64,000 bases of DNA from a virus, in IMG/VR virus record IMGVR_UViG_3300043540_000091, positions 1 through 64,000 of that record. One strand, given 5' to 3'. The notes below the pieces were generated by a model that saw only the letters and a list, made by a program, of their open reading frames with translations, had not been told where the DNA came from and ran no database searches. Shown piece by piece: positions 9,301 through 18,954 of this stretch. A program made the position numbers and the translations under genes. Position 1 is the first letter of the stretch. Every line of letters starts with the position of its first letter.

Positions 9301-12300
9301 CGTGATGGTTCCAGCCTGGTTGAGCATGTTGGTGAAGCTGACGTTGTCGACCACGTAGGTACCAGCAGGAACCTCTACGCTGAACGAGTGCAGGGACACC
9401 GATATCACTCGGCCCTTGTACCCGCTGTTGGCAGGCAGGAAGCTTGTGTTCGCGGCCAGGAACATTATGTCACCTACGTGCACATCTGCTCCGAGGTTGT
9501 TGAACTTGGCTTCCGTTCCTGATCTCCAGGTGTACGTCACCACATCCTTGCCGCCGGTCGTCGTCTTGCTCACGGTGAAGGAGCTTGTGTAGTCCCAGCT
9601 TGGAGTGCGAACGGCAGGGCATGGAAGAAAGATCTTGGCGTCGATGACCTCGGACAGCTCGAAGCGGTGCGAGATGGCCGTCTGCGTGGCGGTGTCAGGA
9701 TACACGAAGCCGACGCGGACTCTGTTGCCTGACGGACCAAAGTCTGCGCTCTTGATCAGAACATCGTACGTTCCATCGGTCAGGTGAGTTCTCGCCTGTC
9801 TGTGGATCTTGAAGTTCGAGAAGTCGAAGTCGTAGAACGAGGCCGGATCGTTCAGTGCGAGGCTGGACTCAGCATCGCTCGCTGAGAAGTCCTGGTTGGA
9901 CGGAGTAGAGTGGCTCGAGACTGTCAGCTTGCGAGATACCGGCAAGGTATATGACTGAGTCTCTGCGTTACCGTCGACGACCGCGTTGGTGGTGTCAGCC
10001 GAGTAGAACTTGTACGGGCTGCGCAGGAAGAACCTGTCGCCTGCCTGCATCAACGAGTCAGGAGACTGCATGTAGATGGGCGGCTTCATGGACATGCGCT
10101 GGAGCGACGTGTCGTATCCCGTGATGAGCGAGCGTTCTCCGGCGTTAGAGTCGATGACCTGCTTGACTGCAGACGTGTCGTACTTGTTGAGAATCTCGAC
10201 GAAGTCACCGTCGTGACCACCGATGGCCTCGAAGTCAGGAAGGGTGAACACGGTGTCAGTGATAGCAAGTCCAAGGGTACTGTGAGTGAAGCTGGGTACT
10301 CCAGCCTCGGTGTCGGTCGCGGCCACGTTGCCGTAGTGGGCAGGAGTGTTCACGATGGCTGCGCCCAGAGGAAGCTGCAGAGCAGATCCGCCTTGGTCAG
10401 CCGCTGCGAAGTAGATCTCTCCGTCGTCAGAAAATGTCTTGGTAGAGATACGCACCTTAGATCCAACGATCTGAGCATCGACGCCTACCAGCGAGGTCTG
10501 GATCGTCTGAAGGAAGCTGACCAACGGCTGGGCAGCGAAGTCGATCATCTGCATCGGAGCTTGGCTGCGAACGATGACCAGACGGTCCGTGATCGGAGTG
10601 AAGCTGATGTTCAGGTTCGACCGGCTCGTGGTACCATCGTCCACTATGATCTGTCCTGTCTGAACAGACTGGATGCGCCAGAAACCTTGGTTGAAGATTA
10701 AGGGAGCTGGATCGGTTGGGTTTGCCCACACGATAAGCCAGTCACCTTCCTTAATATCGTCGAAGCCTTCCGGAACCAGCGCAGGGCTCGTAGCGGAGAT
10801 CGTCAGAAGAGTTCCGGTCTTGCTGAATGTGACTTGAGAGTTAGACTTAAGTCCGGTCTGAACAGGAAGAGATCCACCATCAGTCAGAAGCCATACGCGG
10901 CCTTGCTGCGTGGGACCGTTGGGGATGTCAGAGGTCAACGCAGATCCGCGAGTGTACTGGCTACCCATGGTGACCTTATCACCGGTAGCTAGCGCATTCG
11001 TGAATCCGACCTGTCCCGTCTGCTTGTTGAGCGTGTAGTCGGGCGATTGGCCGACGCTGTAAAGAGTATCAGTCGTGCTGAAGATCTGGTTCTTGAGAGT
11101 ACCGCCGGTGATCTCGAGCTTGGCCTTGTTGTCACTGCCTCGAGCGGACTGCAGCTGGATGATGTCGCCGAGAACCGTAGCGCTCACACCAGGCATGAGG
11201 TTGTTAATGACCTCTGCCCATATGGAGATGTCCGTCAATGATGACACGGTAGCGCCTGGATCTATGGCCTGGAAGTCGGACAGGTTGAAGACCGTCGTGA
11301 CCTCTGGGGTACCATCGACTCTGTACGACAATGTATCGCCGTCAGAGATGGCCGGTGACCACGAAGACTTCGCGCGAGTCTGAACATACGCGATCAGACC
11401 GTCCTGTTGCAGAGGCAGGTCGTTCTTGTACATGCGGCTGGTTACAGCCTTGGTCGTGGGGAATCCTAGAGCGTCGTTCGCATTCGTGCCTGTAGAAGGC
11501 ACCTTCACTTGGATGTCGTTCTTCGAGCGGTCACGAGGATAGATGACGAGGTATGTTCCGTCGCTGTTGGTCGTGCATAGGAAGTTGACGTTGGGATCTC
11601 CGTTGATTGATGCAGCGATCTCGTATGCCGTAGCGCTGGACGGGACCTTGAAGTCTGCGTCGACGAACTGGTGAACCGTCTCGACTCCAGCGATCTCGAC
11701 CGCGATGAAGGACAGGTTCTGGATCGGCCACGGACCAGCCACGTTGTTTCGTATGAGAGCCTGCGCGATCGGCTTCTGGCGAAGCTGGACCTCACGCTCG
11801 CCGCCTACCGCACTGTCGACGACGGTCTCGAACGGAGCGCCGACGAAGTTGGGCTCGTACCCTTGACCATCGTCGAACACCAGGTCGGTCGTGTTGTCAG
11901 CATAACGGATCACGTTCGAGGACTGAACCTTCTTGAGTTCGTCCTTGGCCACGACGTCCTTTGAAGCCGTCTCGATAGCCTGTTCGGTACCCTTGGACTT
12001 TGCAGACTCGTAGTCCTTGATGCGCTGACGGATGTCATCGTCGGTGTCAGCTTCTCGACCATTGTTGAAGCCGAGGCTGTTGTAGACCGTTCCGGTGAAC
12101 GCTACGCCGATGATCTCCTTGATAGCTCCGCGAGATACGTTGCCGATGGTTCCTGGCACCTGACAGCGTACTGGCACGTTCGTGACGGTTACCTCACCGT
12201 CGATGATAGTGGCCGCCGAGGTCGTAACGAAGGCGACGGCAGTGATCGACGCGCCCTGAGCGGTCTGAATCGTAGTGTTTGACGGGATGAAGCGGTTACC

Positions 12301-12864
12301 ACCTTGCGCGAGCGTAACTTCCTCGCCGAGGTTATGGAACTTGGTAGTGGGACTTGTTCCAGCAAGCGTGATGGACCAGTAAGATCCGCCAGCTTCGGCC
12401 TGGACCGAGGTATAGGTCAGAGGGCCTTCGACATTGGCCGTGCCGCGACCGATGTAAACCTTGCCGCCAGCCTGGGTAAACTTGGAAGCGTCTGCGACGT
12501 AGATCTTCAGAGATCCTGCGACCGGTGCCGGTTGACCAGCGTACACGCGGGAGGAGACCTTGGTAAACGAGGTGTCTGAGATGTCAACTCGACCGGTCGA
12601 CGCGAGCGCGGGAAGGATAGGGACGTTGGCGTCACGGGCCTGACGCTGAAGCTGTTCGCCCTCGGCGCGGTCTGCGCTCATGGCGTCGATCATGGTGATG
12701 AGGTTGGCTTCCGACTTGAAGAGTTCCTGAGCCATGGCCTGAACGAGCTGCGCGAGGTTTGAACTCTCGTTGAGGTCGAGGTCCTTGCGCAAACGCGCAC
12801 GGATACCGTCGATGAAGTCTCCAGCTATCTGTTCCTTACTGCGTAGGTCTGGTACCTTAGCCAT
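6313..12864 (-). CDS. giant baseplate wedge (baseplate J-like) protein with inserted beta-rich and CBM5/12-like domains
   Basis: baseplate-J N-terminus (GEQLQRQA...VPVRCQVPGTIGNV...GREADTDDDIRQRI) and C-terminus (VKSAVAGYVNGLDVGQSV...IPGVVSV); two YxxxTTYAxxxxVSYxGxxY...W modules. Confidence 0.85.
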   Translation of the reverse strand: MAKVPDLRSKEQIAGDFIDGIRARLRKDLDLNESSNLAQLVQAMAQELFKSEANLITMIDAMSADRAEGEQLQRQARDANVPILPALASTGRVDISDTSFTKVSSRVYAGQPAPVAGSLKIYVADASKFTQAGGKVYIGRGTANVEGPLTYTSVQAEAGGSYWSITLAGTSPTTKFHNLGEEVTLAQGGNRFIPSNTTIQTAQGASITAVAFVTTSAATIIDGEVTVTNVPVRCQVPGTIGNVSRGAIKEIIGVAFTGTVYNSLGFNNGREADTDDDIRQRIKDYESAKSKGTEQAIETASKDVVAKDELKKVQSSNVIRYADNTTDLVFDDGQGYEPNFVGAPFETVVDSAVGGEREVQLRQKPIAQALIRNNVAGPWPIQNLSFIAVEIAGVETVHQFVDADFKVPSSATAYEIAASINGDPNVNFLCTTNSDGTYLVIYPRDRSKNDIQVKVPSTGTNANDALGFPTTKAVTSRMYKNDLPLQQDGLIAYVQTRAKSSWSPAISDGDTLSYRVDGTPEVTTVFNLSDFQAIDPGATVSSLTDISIWAEVINNLMPGVSATVLGDIIQLQSARGSDNKAKLEITGGTLKNQIFSTTDTLYSVGQSPDYTLNKQTGQVGFTNALATGDKVTMGSQYTRGSALTSDIPNGPTQQGRVWLLTDGGSLPVQTGLKSNSQVTFSKTGTLLTISATSPALVPEGFDDIKEGDWLIVWANPTDPAPLIFNQGFWRIQSVQTGQIIVDDGTTSRSNLNISFTPITDRLVIVRSQAPMQMIDFAAQPLVSFLQTIQTSLVGVDAQIVGSKVRISTKTFSDDGEIYFAAADQGGSALQLPLGAAIVNTPAHYGNVAATDTEAGVPSFTHSTLGLAITDTVFTLPDFEAIGGHDGDFVEILNKYDTSAVKQVIDSNAGERSLITGYDTSLQRMSMKPPIYMQSPDSLMQAGDRFFLRSPYKFYSADTTNAVVDGNAETQSYTLPVSRKLTVSSHSTPSNQDFSASDAESSLALNDPASFYDFDFSNFKIHRQARTHLTDGTYDVLIKSADFGPSGNRVRVGFVYPDTATQTAISHRFELSEVIDAKIFLPCPAVRTPSWDYTSSFTVSKTTTGGKDVVTYTWRSGTEAKFNNLGADVHVGDIMFLAANTSFLPANSGYKGRVISVSLHSFSVEVPAGTYVVDNVSFTNMLNQAGTITVTAAGHGLSTGQRVGFWNTASYDGGTTFPLNTTYTVTVLNSNQFTVATPSGTPGGTLVNSSQVSNTVTITTSAAHNLIVSDVVLISGAGSPYDGLAAVSAVLGANQFQFIKSGSAASSGTGRFDFQSYSAGTTVSVSSISKAGTLMTANTATSHGLNPGDIVQVAGVTLDAYVPATTYAVGDLVSYSGQNYQSLQSGNVGHQPDISPTYWSVTILDLGGKFIVDSTPTSTQFKYYYSLSGSASGTNGTATRYVPTGSMARSLSGSTNENLQFATVSTTAQEVVDYISANMSDKLTASVGNGAPSATITRSTEDNDLGTNYISTTVTNFYTFMTSRRAKLRTTATIPAGSSIVISGMSGGAAAYNGSYIVLDTYLDQGIGAIVSEIQLPSLATATATLSPGGTVNGSTPMDMMYDGENGVLSNNLSSLASLPQFIAKKQWVSAPDIGEEIRLVAQSNEQLVRFWNKLVVTGVTNVGAVQLSRYGRELQISTQTFGGSGYIQVSGGTANSLSLALSGSGSLIGSKLGAVTVPYEIRQGLIKDQWVNLQNTVRQNKLIQLDETTAITLHADGAEIVSGSGTFQTIRSVSHTANTEIKIERQGNFVAIIGISGPSMNLISNGVKEGDWVRLNNVVEALYSSGTTYAISARVSYNGLSYTSLSNGNQNHQPDVSPAWWRHDEFDKANQGVFQVVRIFGNDSFWIEHENAAEEVIVLGNQNNMRFYDHESVMPGDTLVITTDSLGAQNVGRYIVVDESQGVGYSFPTATRIWTAAIPNPSGSPVILGGELSQFNVEESEPVSLWKRIFTVGPGAGTDATVVLDSPELTEKLSSSLGAVLIGKSKLNFDAGATTSAATIHSGIDAYKYYVGLIAELNKVIYGDPSDRINYPGWRAAGTAIGIKPAIIRRVTASFSIRTKSGVPFTEIRDRVKSAVAGYVNGLDVGQSVSISRMVTAAGSIPGVVSVAVTYPTYDASNDLIPIAADERARVVDPTTDVTISLI

Positions 12865-12890
12865 TATATTCTATCCTATGGTGTGCATTG

Positions 12891-12899
12891 AAGATTAGG
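12891..12899 (-). promoter_or_regulatory. putative late promoter CCTAATCTT
   Basis: recurrent motif, intergenic, ~27 nt upstream of the baseplate-J start. Confidence 0.7.
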
Positions 12900-12900
12900 C

Positions 12901-15477
12901 TCATCTGGGTATCTCCGCCTGCACCGGCAAGCTCAGCTGAGTGTTCTTGATACCCAGCAATAGAGATACTACCACAGCGCCTCCAGTTATCGTCACGTCC
13001 CCTGCCAATACACCAGCAAACCGAGGATCGGCGTCGAAGGCTCGCGCGAGCGATGCTAGGATCGACTTGGCCGACACGTCCGAAAGGGCCATGCCGGCGT
13101 CCACGGGGTTACCGAAGGAAGGGTTCTGCAGCAGCTCGTTGGTCTTGGTGTTGATGATCATCATGGCTGCCTGGATCAGATTCGTCAGTCCATACGCTAA
13201 CTTGATGTCACCGCCGCCTGTCAAGATCCAGTCGCCGGAAGAGTCCTGCAGGAAGTCGACCTTGGCCGTGCGCACGATGGGATCAAGCTCATTGATCTCA
13301 GGCGACGTCTTGAACGGGGTATTGATCAGAGGTGCATTAGACGAAGGTATTGCTATCAGCATGTCACTGTTGACCGTGTTGGGCATGGAAGTGTGTATCC
13401 TCGCGTTCTGGCTGGGCTTGTACGCCGTCAGTGGCACCGGCGAGTTGGAAGCCTCGAACGTAATGATGGTCTCGACCGACGACACGATGTCGATCGACCT
13501 GACCTTGCGCACCGTTGCCTCGATGGTATCAGACTTCACGCGCACGACCTGACCGATGTACAGGTACTGAGCGTCGGCCACGGTGAGGGTGTCGCCGCCG
13601 GACGATGCTGTCACAGCTATGTCGTATCCTACCTGGTCGACGTACGGTGCCTTGAGCCCGTTCAGGGCGGCGATCTCGATCCATCGCTCAGGAGCGCCAA
13701 GGTACTGAGTAGCGAGCTGCTCGAGCGTGCCGCCCTCAGGGAACGGAACGAAGAATCGGCTCAGGTTGGCGTTGCTGAAGTTCAGGCCAGAAGCGATGGC
13801 GTAGTCCGCGTAGAACCGGTAGTAGTCCTCTCGGTCGTTGCCGTCAGACTGGTCGAGCAGGGCGGCAAGGCTGTCCATCTGCTTGATGATGTCGTTCATG
13901 TTGTTGAGAAGGACGATGTCGTCGACGGTCAACTTCTTGTATGTGTTCTTCGGCGGAGCTAGGCCAAGGACTGCGTTGTAGGACGCAGATCCACCGCCGA
14001 GAGCTTCCGACACGTCTCGTGCGAAGTTGGCGACCGTAGTACGTCTCTGGATCACGTCGTCAGCGTTCATGGACATCACGCCTTCCGTGATGCTATCGAG
14101 CTGGTTGACGATCTCTCCAGGCAGGTTCATGTCGTCGATCGGGAAGTTCTGGAACACGTCAGGGTGATCGGCTGGGTTCTCGAAGAGCGCCTTGAGCGGA
14201 TCTGCGCTGTCGCCTGCCTGCTGATACTGCTCGGCCTGTCCAGATGACAGCTTATCGGTCGCGGACGTGTTCAGCGCGGACTGAGCCTTGCCTTGCGCCG
14301 TGAGACCGCCGATCAGCCCGATGCCTGCGACGGTAGCCGCCACTCTCTGCATGGACGACTTGTTGTCGATGAAGTACTGCTTGAACGACTCCTGCATCGC
14401 CTTCGTCGTGCTGCCGGAGAACGCGAAGTCGTACATGTCCTTGCGAAGACCTTGGAGATCCTTCGCCATCAGAGCTATCTCGCCGACTGGTCTGATGAAG
14501 GAATCGTTGATATCACTTCTGATACCAGCAAGGACTCTATGAGCTGCAGCTATAGTCGTGCGAGCCTGACGGATGCCGTTCAGGATGTTCGACAGCGTGT
14601 TGGTGACGGACCTTGAGGCGGACGGATCTGGTAGGCGCTTAGCTCCGCCTGGTACGGTAGGCAGACGTCTGAACGCGTTCAGGTTGATGGAGTACTGGTA
14701 CTCGTTCGTACCAGCCGACTTGGTGACGGAATAACTGGTCAAGCTGCATGCGTAGTACTTCTGATCCTTGTGCATCAGGAAGTACAAGCGCCAGCTTCTG
14801 TTCTCCTTCAGCTTCTTACCAGCAAGGTAATAGTCCAGGAATCGTTCGAGGTCATGGATCGATTCATACCCAGTGTGCAGCGTGTTGATCTCAGAGATCT
14901 TGTAGTTAAGAGGACCTTCGGTGCTATCAGATCCGCCGCTGAACGCTCTCACGGTTCTGTTGACCTGGTTCGCAGTGGCGTACGCGCTCTTGATCGTGTT
15001 CTGGAAGGCGTACTCGAGAGAGCGCTGCCAGTCTGGGCTCGCCGTGCCAGAGTCCTTGCCAGGAGTCTTGGTTATCACGTTCGTTCCTGTAGTACCGGCG
15101 ATGGAGATGGGACGGAACGGAGCGCCGTTGTGAGTCTCGACGATACCCTTCATGGTAGCTTCCATGACGGAAGCAGCTGGAACGGAGATGCTTATGTTCT
15201 GAGGAGCGAGAGGGAATGTGAACTCTGCCACGCGGGTATTAGTCATCTCGTCCATGATCCACAGCTTGTACGGATAACGCTGGTTGAACCGCGCCTTGTC
15301 TATCGCCGTGAAGCGGAAGAACAGATCGAACTGCTCGAGCTTCTTGTACTTCGCAGCAGACGAAGCTACCGCAGACAGCGGAGACTGTCCGACCGGCGCG
15401 ACGGTCAACGGTTCGTTGGCTATCTCGGCTACGTCAGCCAACGACTTGGTGCCAAAGGGTGAGGGAAAGTCGCTCAT
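12901..15477 (-). CDS. baseplate protein (tube-initiator-like N-terminus, LysM-like segment, gp25-like wedge C-terminus)
   Basis: TLEQLATQYLGAPERWIEIAALNGL LysM-like motif; C-terminal NLIQA...ELLQNPSFG...DADPRF resembles gp25; synteny. Confidence 0.7.
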   Translation of the reverse strand: MSDFPSPFGTKSLADVAEIANEPLTVAPVGQSPLSAVASSAAKYKKLEQFDLFFRFTAIDKARFNQRYPYKLWIMDEMTNTRVAEFTFPLAPQNISISVPAASVMEATMKGIVETHNGAPFRPISIAGTTGTNVITKTPGKDSGTASPDWQRSLEYAFQNTIKSAYATANQVNRTVRAFSGGSDSTEGPLNYKISEINTLHTGYESIHDLERFLDYYLAGKKLKENRSWRLYFLMHKDQKYYACSLTSYSVTKSAGTNEYQYSINLNAFRRLPTVPGGAKRLPDPSASRSVTNTLSNILNGIRQARTTIAAAHRVLAGIRSDINDSFIRPVGEIALMAKDLQGLRKDMYDFAFSGSTTKAMQESFKQYFIDNKSSMQRVAATVAGIGLIGGLTAQGKAQSALNTSATDKLSSGQAEQYQQAGDSADPLKALFENPADHPDVFQNFPIDDMNLPGEIVNQLDSITEGVMSMNADDVIQRRTTVANFARDVSEALGGGSASYNAVLGLAPPKNTYKKLTVDDIVLLNNMNDIIKQMDSLAALLDQSDGNDREDYYRFYADYAIASGLNFSNANLSRFFVPFPEGGTLEQLATQYLGAPERWIEIAALNGLKAPYVDQVGYDIAVTASSGGDTLTVADAQYLYIGQVVRVKSDTIEATVRKVRSIDIVSSVETIITFEASNSPVPLTAYKPSQNARIHTSMPNTVNSDMLIAIPSSNAPLINTPFKTSPEINELDPIVRTAKVDFLQDSSGDWILTGGGDIKLAYGLTNLIQAAMMIINTKTNELLQNPSFGNPVDAGMALSDVSAKSILASLARAFDADPRFAGVLAGDVTITGGAVVVSLLLGIKNTQLSLPVQAEIPR

Positions 15478-16067
15478 GATATAACTCCTGCTCCAACGCC
15501 TGCGCCTGGAGCTGGTATCCCGATGGGAGATCCTACGATTATGACCTGCCCTGTCGAGTTCTTCAAGATGTCAGTGCATATGCCGGTAGCAACGCATAGC
15601 GAGAATATCGTCCTGTTAGATCCGTTCGCGCCCTTTACCTTCAGCTGATCATCTATGTTCTTCGCCATCTCTGGAGCAAGGATCGAAGCTATGTGCATGA
15701 TCGTACCAACACCGATAGCTACCGGCGCATGGGTAGACTTGAGAGTTGCGGACGACTTGAGGTGATCGACTACCGCCATGTTGATCGCATCGAAGCACTT
15801 CCTCGCGTTCTCTCCCTTGGTTGGCATCATGGCGAGAGCGAGCTGAGTCATGTCATCATACATCAAGGTCTTAATGCCCGTCCCGTTGCCGACGCCTGGA
15901 CCTGCTACGGTACCAACGTCCTGAGTTATGAAGGGCTTGCCGACGATGGTCATGACGATGCCTGTAGCCAGTGCCTGACAGAACTTCTTCTGGTTGGCAC
16001 CGCCGTCCCCGTGCTTCTTGAGGTTGGCCTGGATCATGTCTGCGAGTGCGTCGGCTGACAAGTTCAT
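15474..16067 (-). CDS. putative baseplate/spike-associated protein with internal repeats
   Basis: position after the spike gene; repeated unit (GANQKKFCQALATGI / GSNRTIFSLCVATGI). Confidence 0.6.
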   Translation of the reverse strand: MNLSADALADMIQANLKKHGDGGANQKKFCQALATGIVMTIVGKPFITQDVGTVAGPGVGNGTGIKTLMYDDMTQLALAMMPTKGENARKCFDAINMAVVDHLKSSATLKSTHAPVAIGVGTIMHIASILAPEMAKNIDDQLKVKGANGSNRTIFSLCVATGICTDILKNSTGQVIIVGSPIGIPAPGAGVGAGVIS

Positions 16068-16801
16068 CCTCCCGCCTTCACCGTCTCTACGCCCTGCGTT
16101 GGAACTCCGAAGATGGAGTCAACGACGGGATCTGTAAGAGTGGTCAGGACCTTGCCTGCCTTGCCGTTGAGAGTGATGTTACCTGCCTTCACGTCGCAAT
16201 CTCCGCCAGCCTCGATCTTTGCCTTACCACCTATCTTGGCGGTCATATCACCTCCAACGGAGGCGTTCAGCTTGCCGCTTACGTTCACCGTAGCATCACC
16301 GGTCACGTTGATGTTGAGCGTCTTGCATTCTATGGTGAGAGTCTGAGACGCCTTGTCGAAGGTGACCTTCTGTCCCTTGGAATCGTCTATGATGATCTTG
16401 TCGGGCTTGATCTGAAGATTAGGACCACTGTCGGATGTGACCGAGTAGTTGCCGTCCTTGTCTATTATCTGGACGACCTTATTGAACCGACGACGCCAGT
16501 GCTTGCCCAGCACTGGGTTCATGGGAGCTGGGTAGTTACGAGTCGCCTCGGTTATGATACCTAGGCTACGGTCGCCGCGCGGAAACTTCACCATGACCTT
16601 GGTAGCAACTTCCAAGACCACGTCATCGAAGTCGTCGGCTGATCCGAACTCGTCCTTGCGGATGCAGCGGACGGGGATGGACGCATAGTCATCACCGATG
16701 ACTAGAACCTGATACTCGTACTGGTACTTCGACGCGTTCTCCTTGTCGGTAGGAGAGTATACGTTGGTTATCATTCCGAAGTAGTATGAGTCCATCAGCA
16801 T
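16064..16801 (-). CDS. baseplate central spike (gpV/gp5-like)
   Basis: OB-fold-like N-terminus followed by beta-helix repeats INVTGDATVNVSGKLNASVGGDMTAKIGG. Confidence 0.75.
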   Translation of the reverse strand: MLMDSYYFGMITNVYSPTDKENASKYQYEYQVLVIGDDYASIPVRCIRKDEFGSADDFDDVVLEVATKVMVKFPRGDRSLGIITEATRNYPAPMNPVLGKHWRRRFNKVVQIIDKDGNYSVTSDSGPNLQIKPDKIIIDDSKGQKVTFDKASQTLTIECKTLNINVTGDATVNVSGKLNASVGGDMTAKIGGKAKIEAGGDCDVKAGNITLNGKAGKVLTTLTDPVVDSIFGVPTQGVETVKAGG

Positions 16802-18951
16802 TATTCGCCATCCTCGTTGCGGCCTTTACGAGGGCCTGTAGCCTGAACATCGGTGTATCCAGGCAGGTTGTTTGCGTCAGAGATCTGTTCGGTGAGAGAG
16901 CCCGACTCGAGACCGACTGCGTACGTCGGGATACCGTCTTCGCTGTCGAGCGAGGCGGCGACGATGCCGTTCGACACGGTCAATGTGGTCGTGAACTGCT
17001 TCTGTCCGCTTGAGCTGAGAGATCCACTGTGGTGGACGGCGTCGATGTGGTACAGGATACCCCTGCACTCCACGTTGTCACCTTCGCAGATCGGCTCGGT
17101 TATACCGGCGCATGTGATGGTGCCTGACAGCTTCAGGTGACCGTTGAACAACCAGTCGCCGCGCATCCTGCACAGGATATGACTGATCGTACCCATGGTG
17201 CTCGAGATCACGTCGTAGTTTGTCTCCGAGATGTCTGCTCTCAGGCCGTGACGCTTGATGTCGGGAACGTCTGCTATATAGTTCGGTACCAGGAACTGAG
17301 CTTGCTTCAGCACCTCCTGGTTCACGTTCAGGCCGAGCATCTCGACTCCGCGACTCCTACCCCAGACCTGTACGAAGTTGATCCTGGCAGATTCAGCAGA
17401 TGCGGTGTTGACGCTCTTCACGACCGACTCATCCAGTACCCATCTCGGCACGTTGTTGTACATGGTGCGAGTAGTGATCTCGTTTGAGACCGACGCAAGC
17501 CGCTCGTATTCCTTCTTGTAGGCATCAACCTGCTGGGCAGCTTCCTGAGCGACGCTCTTCTTGACTCCCTTCACGGCGGACGATTGCTTGCTCGATGAGC
17601 CCTTCTTTGGCACGAAAGTGGGAGCGACCTTAAGGAGCTTGTCGAACAGCTTGGTGCTGAACGGCTTCTCTCGCACGATGAGAGCTGGCATGATGCGTCC
17701 GTCGCGGTTGACTCTGAGCGCGGTATACATCTCGTTCACGATGGGATTAAGGAACTGACCATATATGTTCCAGAACGTGTTGTTGTCCCAGATCGGGGGA
17801 ACGAGGAACGGTACGAATCCCTTGCACCGAGTAGGAGTGCTGTAGAACACCGAGTTGGCCACGTCAGTCTGCGGCGTAAGGTCCGGCATGAACATCTTCC
17901 AAGGCTGCTTCGGATTGGCGAGCATGCTGTACTTCTGAAGGCCTAGGTAGACGTTGTACATCTGCCACAGCTTGTTGCCCTTCTTACCGAGGATGCCCGA
18001 CACGCTCTTTGGTATACCTATCGCATCGCTGAATGTTCCCGTAGCGCCTGGGATGGCCTTGTCGACGCGAGCGTTCAGATCCTTGGCATCGACGCCCATA
18101 GTTATGATGAACATCAAGCCGATGATCGCCTCAGGGCTGGTATCACCGACAGATTCATCCTTACCGTCGAGACGTCTGTAGAAGTTATCGAACGCATAAG
18201 ACAGGTTGGTGAGAGCTGCTTCCAGGCCATTGGACGCTGGCTTCTGTCCTTGGCTATTCTTCTGTGGAGCGGTCGACTTCTTCTGGCCCGACAATCCGTT
18301 GATCTGCTGCTCGAAGAACGCGGTCGTAGCTACCTCATCCTTGATCTTCTGATCGAGAGTGAGGACGTTCTGAGCGATGAACGTGTAGTAGACCGACGAA
18401 GCCATCTCCAGGAACGCTTGACATGTGATGGACTGGCCGACCACGCGCTGACCGCCAGCCTGTATGGTATCAGTCTCCGGAACCGAGATGACGCGACCAA
18501 CGAACTTGAATCCGCTGTCCCAGTTGTTCAGGTACATGTTGTTGTTGTCAGTCTTCCTGCGGCGAGATGTTCCGTTAGGATCTTTCATCAAGCGATCCAG
18601 AACCTGCTCGATGTTATCCTGCTGATCGGACATCCAAACGAATACCCAGTCACCAGGAGACACGGCGTTCCGGTAGTAGACCTCGCCGATCTTCATGTTC
18701 AACGTGCACATCTTGGCGAACGACGACTTTTGGTTGTCGACGTCGACGCTGACACAGTCGTTCTCGACGATGAGAACGCTTCTTTCTGCGAACGGATCTT
18801 CCTTGCCTATGAACATAGCGCCAGGAGTCTTGAACCTGACGAAGGCAACACACCACGACGGAGTTCTGTCTGCCTTGGTGCCAGCAGAGTCAGAGTTCCA
18901 GCTCTTGTTCGCGGTATCCTTGAGAGTGACGACGTATCGCGGTGCTGGCAT
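16801..18951 (-). CDS. baseplate hub protein
   Basis: lies between tape measure and spike; C-terminal SGTITCAG...ICEGDNV...YHIDAVHH...FTTTLTVSNG typical of hub proteins. Confidence 0.65.
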   Translation of the reverse strand: MPAPRYVVTLKDTANKSWNSDSAGTKADRTPSWCVAFVRFKTPGAMFIGKEDPFAERSVLIVENDCVSVDVDNQKSSFAKMCTLNMKIGEVYYRNAVSPGDWVFVWMSDQQDNIEQVLDRLMKDPNGTSRRRKTDNNNMYLNNWDSGFKFVGRVISVPETDTIQAGGQRVVGQSITCQAFLEMASSVYYTFIAQNVLTLDQKIKDEVATTAFFEQQINGLSGQKKSTAPQKNSQGQKPASNGLEAALTNLSYAFDNFYRRLDGKDESVGDTSPEAIIGLMFIITMGVDAKDLNARVDKAIPGATGTFSDAIGIPKSVSGILGKKGNKLWQMYNVYLGLQKYSMLANPKQPWKMFMPDLTPQTDVANSVFYSTPTRCKGFVPFLVPPIWDNNTFWNIYGQFLNPIVNEMYTALRVNRDGRIMPALIVREKPFSTKLFDKLLKVAPTFVPKKGSSSKQSSAVKGVKKSVAQEAAQQVDAYKKEYERLASVSNEITTRTMYNNVPRWVLDESVVKSVNTASAESARINFVQVWGRSRGVEMLGLNVNQEVLKQAQFLVPNYIADVPDIKRHGLRADISETNYDVISSTMGTISHILCRMRGDWLFNGHLKLSGTITCAGITEPICEGDNVECRGILYHIDAVHHSGSLSSSGQKQFTTTLTVSNGIVAASLDSEDGIPTYAVGLESGSLTEQISDANNLPGYTDVQATGPRKGRNEDGE

Positions 18952-18954
18952 CCG

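Noticed and set aside
16415-16423. Late promoter copy inside the spike gene as a definite promoter
   Set aside because: Lies mid-gene (encodes PNL), ~350 nt from the next start; may be chance, so not listed as a feature
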